Under the pieces are notes generated by a model that saw only the letters and a list, made by a program, of their open reading frames with translations, was not told where the DNA came from and made no database searches. Below, in pieces: positions 29,343-36,000 of a stretch of DNA of 36,000 bases (positions within the stretch are counted from its first letter, which is position 1; every line of letters starts with the position of its first letter). This DNA comes from Alphaproteobacteria bacterium. GTDB taxonomy: Bacteria > Pseudomonadota > Alphaproteobacteria > RS24. Where the stretch lies: positions 1 to 36,000 of the forward strand of contig CBFIHY010000001.1 in the NCBI GenBank assembly GCA_965662315.1, in the 5' to 3' direction. The position numbers were made by a program, and so were the translations under genes.

Positions 29343-31613
29343 TTAAATGGTTTCCAATCCGTAAGCTGAAATCGCGGCCATGTTCAGCACTTCGGTGGCT
29401 GTGGCGCCGATACGCGCAATTTGCACCGGATGCTCAAGGCCGACCAAAATCGGACCGATAAGAGTCGCTTGTCCCAATTCTTCCAACATTTTGGTTGAAA
29501 TTGAGGCCGAGTGAATGGCCGGCATGACCAGCACATTGGCCGGTTCGGTCAGGCGGCAAAACGGATAGCGTTGCATGGCTTCACGATTAAGCGCCACATC
29601 GGCGGCCATTTCGCCTTCATATTCAAAATCAACGCCGCGCGCATCCAGCAATTTAACCGCTTCGCGCACATAGACCGAGCGGTCGCCTTCCGGATGGCCG
29701 AATGTTGAATAGGCCAGCATGGCAACGCGTGGCTCATGACCCAGCGCCCGCGCTGTTGCCGCGCTTTGACAAGCTATATCGGCCAGCTCTTCGGCGCTTG
29801 GCATATCAATCACATTGGTATCGGCAACCATGACGGTGCGCCCGCCGCGCGCCACCAACATGGAAATACCCATCACCCTTTGGCCGGCTCGCGGTTCAAT
29901 AACTTTCGACACTTCTTCCAATGTGATGGAATAAGAACGCGTCACACCGGTCACCATCGCATCCGCATCACCGCGCGCCAATGCACAGGCGCCGAAAATA
30001 TTGCGATCATTGGCCACCATGCGCTCGCAATCGCGCATTAAGCGGCCATGCCGCTGCAGTTTTTCAAACAAAAATGCGCTGTAATCATCCAGCTTGCCGG
30101 AAGCGCGCGTGTCGCGAATTTCAATATCGTCGCGCCCATCCAGCCCCAGCTTGGCCATATTGGTGCGCACAATATCATGCGTGCCGATCAATATTGGCTC
30201 GCCCAGCCCCAAATCCTTATAGGCAATGGCGGCGCGAATAACTTGCTCTTGCTCGCCTTCGGCAAAAATCATCCGTTTGGCGTTTTGCTTCGACTTATTC
30301 ATGATGATTTGTATCGAGCTGGCGGTCGGGTCAAGGCGGGCTTTCAAGCGGTCTTGATAAGCCTCCATATCGACAATAGGCGCGCGCGCAACACCGCTAT
30401 CCATGGCGGCGCGCGCCACAGCCGGCGGAATTTCGCTAATCAGGCGCGGGTCAAACGGCACCGGAATAATATAGCGCGGCCCAAAGCGCGGACGCTCGCC
30501 ATCATAAGCGGCGGCCACTTCATCGGGCACATCTTCGCGTGCCAAATTGGCCAGCGCTTCGGCGCAGGCAATTTTCATTTCATCATTAATGGTTGTCGCG
30601 CGTACATCCAGGGCACCGCGGAAAATATACGGAAAGCCCAAAACATTATTCACCTGGTTTGGGTAATCCGACCGACCGGTGGCCATGATCGCATCATCGC
30701 GAATACCCGCCACTTCTTCCGGCGTGATTTCCGGGTCCGGATTGGCCATGGCGAAAATAATCGGCTTATCGGCCATTGCTTTAACCATGTCAGGCGTCAC
30801 GGCGCCTTTTACGGACAGGCCCAAAAATACGTCAGCCCCATCCATGGCGTCAGCCAATGTGCGCGCTTTGGTTTCCACGGCATGGGCCGATTTCCATTGG
30901 TTCATGCCTTCTTTGCGGGTTTTGTAAATCACCCCTTTTGTGTCGCATAAGATCGCATTTTCATGCGGCAAGCCCATAGCCTTAATCAATTCAAGGCAAG
31001 CAATACCGGCCGCGCCGGCACCATTGACGCAAACTTTAATGTCTTTGATATCCTTGCCGGTCAAATGCAGCGCATTGATGAGACCGGCAGCGCAAATAAT
31101 GGCGGTGCCGTGTTGGTCGTCATGAAATACCGGAATATCCATCAGCTCGCGCAATTGGCTTTCAATGATGAAGCAATCCGGCGCTTTGATATCTTCCAGA
31201 TTAATGCCGCCAAAACTGGGGCCCATATATTTTACCGCATCGATAATTTCTTGCGGGTCTTCAGTATCCAGCTCCAAGTCAATCGAGTCGACATCGGCAA
31301 AACGTTTGAACAAAACCGCCTTGCCTTCCATCACCGGCTTGGAGGCCAGCGCGCCAAGATTGCCCAGCCCCAAAATGGCCGTGCCGTTGGAAATCACCGC
31401 CACCATATTGCCGCGCGAGGTAAAGTCGTATGACGCATCAGGGTTTTCGGCAATCGCCTCAACCGGCACCGCCACACCCGGCGAATAAGCAAGCGATAAA
31501 TCGCGCTGTGTCGCCATTGGTTTGGTCGGGCTGATTTCCAGCTTGCCCGGCTTGCCGCGTGAATGAAACCGCAAGGCTTCTTCATCGGTAAAGTTTTTTT
31601 CCTTATCGCTCAT
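29343..31613 (-). CDS. maeB: NADP-dependent malic enzyme fused to a phosphotransacetylase-like domain
   Basis: LSLAYSPGVA, ASKPVMEGK, INLEDIKAP, FHDDQHGTA, GAGAAG, AMANPDPEI, NQVNNVLGFP; C-terminal PTA-like domain (FAEGE, GEMAAD). Start likely ATG 31613. Confidence 0.95.
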   Translation of the reverse strand: MSDKEKNFTDEEALRFHSRGKPGKLEISPTKPMATQRDLSLAYSPGVAVPVEAIAENPDASYDFTSRGNMVAVISNGTAILGLGNLGALASKPVMEGKAVLFKRFADVDSIDLELDTEDPQEIIDAVKYMGPSFGGINLEDIKAPDCFIIESQLRELMDIPVFHDDQHGTAIICAAGLINALHLTGKDIKDIKVCVNGAGAAGIACLELIKAMGLPHENAILCDTKGVIYKTRKEGMNQWKSAHAVETKARTLADAMDGADVFLGLSVKGAVTPDMVKAMADKPIIFAMANPDPEITPEEVAGIRDDAIMATGRSDYPNQVNNVLGFPYIFRGALDVRATTINDEMKIACAEALANLAREDVPDEVAAAYDGERPRFGPRYIIPVPFDPRLISEIPPAVARAAMDSGVARAPIVDMEAYQDRLKARLDPTASSIQIIMNKSKQNAKRMIFAEGEQEQVIRAAIAYKDLGLGEPILIGTHDIVRTNMAKLGLDGRDDIEIRDTRASGKLDDYSAFLFEKLQRHGRLMRDCERMVANDRNIFGACALARGDADAMVTGVTRSYSITLEEVSKVIEPRAGQRVMGISMLVARGGRTVMVADTNVIDMPSAEELADIACQSAATARALGHEPRVAMLAYSTFGHPEGDRSVYVREAVKLLDARGVDFEYEGEMAADVALNREAMQRYPFCRLTEPANVLVMPAIHSASISTKMLEELGQATLIGPILVGLEHPVQIARIGATATEVLNMAAISAYGLETI

Positions 31614-31807
31614 CGCTCTTTGCTCTTTTCTCATGCCGCCAATGCGGCGGGCCATCTATTGCGGCCCAAACGCAGTCGGTTTTAGGGCTTTGGCGCGGCA
31701 AAAACAAGGCGCGGCGGGTCAAAAAAACAAAATAAATTCAACAGCTTTTTGCCGCTTGGCGGTCTGCCGACGCTGACCGCGCGCGCTGGCTTTGCTACAG
31801 TGTTGCC

Positions 31808-34648
31808 ATGTCAGCCGCTTCATCCAATTCTGCCAATGGCGAAAAGTCGTCCGCCAGTGCTTCCAAAGAAGCCGGACATGCGGCGGCAAAGGGCGATGTG
31901 AAAGACACAAAAGTGACGCCGATGATGGCGCAATTTTTGGAAATCAAGCAGGCGCATCAAGACGCCTTATTGTTTTATCGGATGGGCGATTTTTACGAAT
32001 TGTTTTTCGATGATGCGATTGCCGCGGCGGCGGCATTGGATATTACGCTGACCCATCGCGGTAAGCATTTGGGCCAAGCCGTGCCGATGTGCGGGGTGCC
32101 GTTTCATGCCAGTGAAAGCTATTTGCAAAAGCTGATTAAAGCCGGATTTCGCGTCGCCATTTGCGAGCAAACCGAAGACCCGGCGGCGGCGAAAAAGCGC
32201 GGTTCAAAAGCCGTGGTCAAGCGCGAAGTGGTGCGGCTTGTTACGGCCGGCACGCTTAGTGAAGACGGGTTGTTAAGCGCCAAAGAGCATAATTTCATTG
32301 TCGCCTTGGCCTGTTTGGGCAATGCGGAAGAAGCTGAAAAAGCCGATTGGGCGCTGGCTTGGGCCGATATGTCGACCGGCGAATTTGCCGCTGCGGCGTG
32401 CCATTTGGATAATTTATCGGCCCAATTGGCGCGCCTTGCGCCGCGCGAAATTCTTATCCCGCATGCGGTCGAACAGGCGTTTGACCAGCCGCACAAGCCT
32501 TCATCAAATACATCAGGCAAAACGTCCATAAAACCGTGGGATATGCCCGAAAAACCGATGCTGACCGTGGTCGATAATCTGGCCAGTTCAAAATTGGCCA
32601 CAACCGTGGAAGCGCGTTTTGGGGCCGCCGGATGGGGGGCTTTGGAAGAGGCCGGTCGCGCCGTCACTTTGGCGGCCGCGCATATTGTCGATTATTTTGA
32701 TGCCACCCAATATGGCGACACACCGCATGGCAGCACGGTTAAATTGGCCACGCCGCGCATTGAAAGTGAAAGCGGTTTTATGGGGCTGGATGCCGCGACC
32801 CGCGCCAATCTTGAACTGACCCGCACCATGGCCGGCACGCGCGCCGGCAGCCTATTGGCGGTGATTGATAAAACCATGACCGCGGCGGGGGCGCGGGTTT
32901 TGGCGGCGCGGTTAAATGCCCCTTTGACGCAAAAAACAGAGATTGAGGCGCGGCTCAGTGCGGTCGGGCATTTGTGCGCGGCGGCTGATTTACGGGCAGA
33001 TATGCGCGATGCGCTGCGCCGGGCGCCGGATTTGGCCCGCGCCTTATCGCGGCTTGCCATGCAGCGCGGCGGCCCGCGCGATATGCAAGCCATTGCCGGT
33101 GCTTTGGCGGCGGCAAAAAGCCTCTATGCTTTATTGTTGGAAAGCGAAGCTTCAAAAACCGCTGCAGAAGCGGGCGAATTAACCGCGCAAGCCGAAGCCC
33201 TCAACGCCGGTCATAAAGCCTTGCAAGATTTGCAAGCCAAGCTGGAGGCAGCATTGGATGAGCAAGTGCCGCTCTTGGCGCGTGATGGCGGGTTTGTGGC
33301 GCCGGGCTTTCATGCCGGTCTCGATGCGGCGCGTGAAATGCGTGATGAAAGTCGCCGCGTCATTGCCGCTTTGCAAACCCGCTATGGCGAAGAAACCGGC
33401 ATTAAGGCGCTGAAGATTAAGCATAATGGCGTGCTGGGCTATCATATTGACGTACCGGCGGCGCATGGCGATAAGCTGATGGCCCCACCATTTGCCGAGA
33501 CATTTATTCATCGGCAAACGCTGGCCAATGCGGTGCGGTTTTCCAGCCAAGAATTGGCCGATTTGGCGGCTGATATTTCGCGCGCCGGTGAAACCGCGCT
33601 GGCTTTGGAATTGCAAATTTTCGCGCAGTTAAGCGAAGAGATTTTGGCCGAAAGCGCGCATTTGGAAGCGCAAGCGGCGGCGCTGGCCATTTGCGATGTT
33701 ACGGCTGCTTTGGCAGAATTGGCGGCGACAAATGATTGGACGCGGCCACATTTATTTGACGATCGGCGGTTTGATATTGCCGGTGGTCGCCATCCGGTGG
33801 TTGAGGCGGCGTTGCGTGCCAATGCTGATGGCCCGTTTATCGCCAATCCGTGTCAGCTGGATGCGGCGGCTGAACAAGCGCCGCGCATGTTATTGCTGAC
33901 CGGCCCGAATATGGCCGGTAAATCAACTTTTTTACGACAAAACGCGCTATTGGCCATTTTGGCGCAAATGGGTAGTTTCGTGCCCGCACAAAAGGCTGAA
34001 ATCGGGATAATCGATCGGGTGTTTTCGCGTGTCGGCGCGGCCGATGATTTGGCCCGCGGACGCTCGACTTTCATGGTCGAAATGGTCGAAACGGCAACCA
34101 TATTGACCCATGCCGGACCGCGCGCTTTGGTTATTTTGGACGAGATAGGTCGCGGCACGGCTACTTTTGACGGCCTCTCCATTGCCTGGGCGGCGGTTGA
34201 ATATTTGCATGAAAGCCTTGGTTGTCGGACGCTTTTTGCAACCCATTATCATGAATTGACGGCGCTGGCTGAGCCGCTTGGCGGGCTGGCCAATGCCAGT
34301 ATGAAAGTGCGTGAGCATGACGGCAAATTGGTGTTTTTGCACGAGGTGGAAAGCGGAGCGGCAGACCGCTCTTATGGCATTCATGTGGCCGAATTGGCCG
34401 GTCTGCCGGAAAGCGTAACGGCGCGTGCCAGGGCTGTTTTGGCGCGATTGGAAGAAAATGATGCTGCCGGCGGCGCCGCCGATTTGGCGACATTGCCGCT
34501 ATTTGACGCCAATCCGGTAACGCCGCTGCGCCAAGACGCCTTGCGCACCGCTTTGGCGGCCATTGACCCGGACCGCTTGAGCCCGCGTGAAGCTTTGGAT
34601 TGGCTGTATCGCTTGCAGGAAATAGATAGTGATAACAATCAGGGCTAA
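31808..34648 (+). CDS. mutS: DNA mismatch repair protein MutS
   Basis: TPMMAQF, FYRMGDFYELF, PMCGVP, TGPNMAGKST, STFMVEM, ILDEIGRGT, FATHYHEL, SYGIHVA. Confidence 0.98.
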   Translation: MSAASSNSANGEKSSASASKEAGHAAAKGDVKDTKVTPMMAQFLEIKQAHQDALLFYRMGDFYELFFDDAIAAAAALDITLTHRGKHLGQAVPMCGVPFHASESYLQKLIKAGFRVAICEQTEDPAAAKKRGSKAVVKREVVRLVTAGTLSEDGLLSAKEHNFIVALACLGNAEEAEKADWALAWADMSTGEFAAAACHLDNLSAQLARLAPREILIPHAVEQAFDQPHKPSSNTSGKTSIKPWDMPEKPMLTVVDNLASSKLATTVEARFGAAGWGALEEAGRAVTLAAAHIVDYFDATQYGDTPHGSTVKLATPRIESESGFMGLDAATRANLELTRTMAGTRAGSLLAVIDKTMTAAGARVLAARLNAPLTQKTEIEARLSAVGHLCAAADLRADMRDALRRAPDLARALSRLAMQRGGPRDMQAIAGALAAAKSLYALLLESEASKTAAEAGELTAQAEALNAGHKALQDLQAKLEAALDEQVPLLARDGGFVAPGFHAGLDAAREMRDESRRVIAALQTRYGEETGIKALKIKHNGVLGYHIDVPAAHGDKLMAPPFAETFIHRQTLANAVRFSSQELADLAADISRAGETALALELQIFAQLSEEILAESAHLEAQAAALAICDVTAALAELAATNDWTRPHLFDDRRFDIAGGRHPVVEAALRANADGPFIANPCQLDAAAEQAPRMLLLTGPNMAGKSTFLRQNALLAILAQMGSFVPAQKAEIGIIDRVFSRVGAADDLARGRSTFMVEMVETATILTHAGPRALVILDEIGRGTATFDGLSIAWAAVEYLHESLGCRTLFATHYHELTALAEPLGGLANASMKVREHDGKLVFLHEVESGAADRSYGIHVAELAGLPESVTARARAVLARLEENDAAGGAADLATLPLFDANPVTPLRQDALRTALAAIDPDRLSPREALDWLYRLQEIDSDNNQG

Positions 34649-34736
34649 GCACAGGAAAAATGTGCTATAGCTATCCGTGCTGATCTTTAGGGCTGAACTG
34701 CCACAGCTTAATCGTTAACCTCCCGCGAGCCTTTAC

Positions 34737-36000
34737 ATGACTGGTAAAATGAATAAGTCAAAAGCCGATAAAAAACCCGCAGCGAAAAAGCCCGCCGGCC
34801 AAATAGCCGATTTGCGCGCGCAGTTAAAACAAGCGGCGCAGCAATATGGCGGCGATGACAGCGGTTTGCGGCAAGCCGCTTTGGCGCTTTTAAAAACCCA
34901 TTTGCAAGATGAACGCGCCGCCGTGCGCGCCGCTTTGGAAGCCAAAAAACTGAAAGGCGCGCGCTGTGCCGAAACCTTGTCGGGACAAATGGATGTGCTA
35001 TTGACCGCTTTGGCTGATTTTGTCACCGAAGATGTGCTGCATTTATCCAATCCGACCGATGCGGAAAAAGTGACGATTGTCGCTGTCGGTGGCTATGGGC
35101 GGGGTCGCCTGGCGCCGCATTCGGATATCGATTTACTGTTTTTGCTGCCCTATAAGCGCAATGCGGCCAGCGAAAGTTTCGTCGAATATATTCTTTATAT
35201 GCTGTGGGATATGGGGCTGAAAGTCGGCCATGCGACACGCTCCATTGCCGATTGCATCAGCCAAGCCGGCGCCGATATGACGGTGCGCACGGCGATGTTG
35301 GAAAGCCGACATTTATGGGGTAGCGAGAGGCTTTATGAGCAGTATCGCGACGCCTTTCAAACCAAAATCATGCGCGGAACGGCCCGCCAATTTGTGACCG
35401 CCAAGCTGGATGAGCGTGATGAACGCCACGAAAAAGCCGGCCGCTCGCGCTATCTGGTGGAGCCGAATTTAAAAGAAAGCAAAGGCGGTTTGCGCGATTT
35501 GAACACGCTTTTTTGGATTGCCCGCTATAGCTATCAAATCGAAGATTTGGATGATTTGGTCGGCTTGAATGTATTGACCGCAGACGAGCTGCAATTGTTT
35601 CGAAAATGCGATGCGTTTTTATGGCATGTGCGCTGTCACTTGCATTTTCTGACCGGCCGCGCGGAAGAGCGGTTGAGCTTTGATGTGCAAAAACCGCTGG
35701 CCGAATATTTTTATCCGGCCGCTGCCGCCAAAGATGCGGCGGCGATGAAACCGGTCGAGCGATTTATGCGGCGGTATTTTTTGGTCGCCAAACATATCGG
35801 TAATTTAACCGCGATTTTTTGTGCGTCTCTGGAAGAAAGCCAAAATAAGCCGCGCCGCTTGGCCCGCTTGCCGGCAATGTTTCGCCGGCAAAAGCAGGTT
35901 GAGGGTTTCACCATTGAGGCCAGCCGTTTGAAAATGGGCGAAGCAACCTGTTTTGAAAAAGACCCGGTCAATTTTATTCGGGTGTTTCATCTGGCCGATA
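34737..36000 (+). CDS. glnD: [Protein-PII] uridylyltransferase, 5' part (runs off the right edge)
   Basis: Manual translation shows AVGGYGRGRLAPHSDIDLLFL, LWDMGLKVGH and EPNLKESKGGLRDL; mutS-glnD adjacency. Not in the ORF track. Start 34737 or 34749. Confidence 0.96.
   Translation, partial: MTGKMNKSKADKKPAAKKPAGQIADLRAQLKQAAQQYGGDDSGLRQAALALLKTHLQDERAAVRAALEAKKLKGARCAETLSGQMDVLLTALADFVTEDVLHLSNPTDAEKVTIVAVGGYGRGRLAPHSDIDLLFLLPYKRNAASESFVEYILYMLWDMGLKVGHATRSIADCISQAGADMTVRTAMLESRHLWGSERLYEQYRDAFQTKIMRGTARQFVTAKLDERDERHEKAGRSRYLVEPNLKESKGGLRDLNTLFWIARYSYQIEDLDDLVGLNVLTADELQLFRKCDAFLWHVRCHLHFLTGRAEERLSFDVQKPLAEYFYPAAAAKDAAAMKPVERFMRRYFLVAKHIGNLTAIFCASLEESQNKPRRLARLPAMFRRQKQVEGFTIEASRLKMGEATCFEKDPVNFIRVFHLAD

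Noticed and set aside
30048-31433. 300-aa and 156-aa + strand ORFs
   Set aside because: Antisense shadows of maeB.
1-36000. tRNA/rRNA genes, IS elements, prophage, parS sites
   Set aside because: None recognisable; the window is nearly fully tiled by housekeeping CDSs and no GTTTCACGTGAAAC-like palindrome was seen.

Overview
This is core chromosome of an alphaproteobacterium, starting at the replication origin. The window opens with the 5' end of hemE (minus strand, missing from the ORF track). Next is a ~430-bp hemE/PPDK-regulator intergenic region that looks like oriC: an AT-rich tract, a trinucleotide run, and several DnaA-box-like 9-mers. Conserved housekeeping blocks follow: PSRP/DUF299-maf-aroE-coaE-dnaQ, secB-fxsA/Tim44-smr, hisBHAFE-coaA, PfkB kinase-nth/DUF2244, gpmA-dapB-dnaJ-dnaK-grpE-hrcA, rph-rdgB-hemW, LpoA-like/rsmI-yraN-gshB, one small orphan ORF, comM/yifB, maeB, mutS and the 5' part of glnD. 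I found no mobile element, CRISPR array, defence island or RNA gene, and I cannot support a new multi-gene system here. The points worth a second look are non-coding or fine-scale. (1) The origin is built from abutting pairs of DnaA-box-like 9-mers and has a TTG run where canonical TAG DnaA-trios would sit. (2) Short imperfect tandem duplications recur at gene starts and stops, including a hairpin-forming 28-bp repeat before hisB. (3) Several genes have a leaderless-type promoter geometry. (4) An 86-aa orphan ORF is preceded by two palindromes. All calls come from reading the sequence by eye; no database searches were run.
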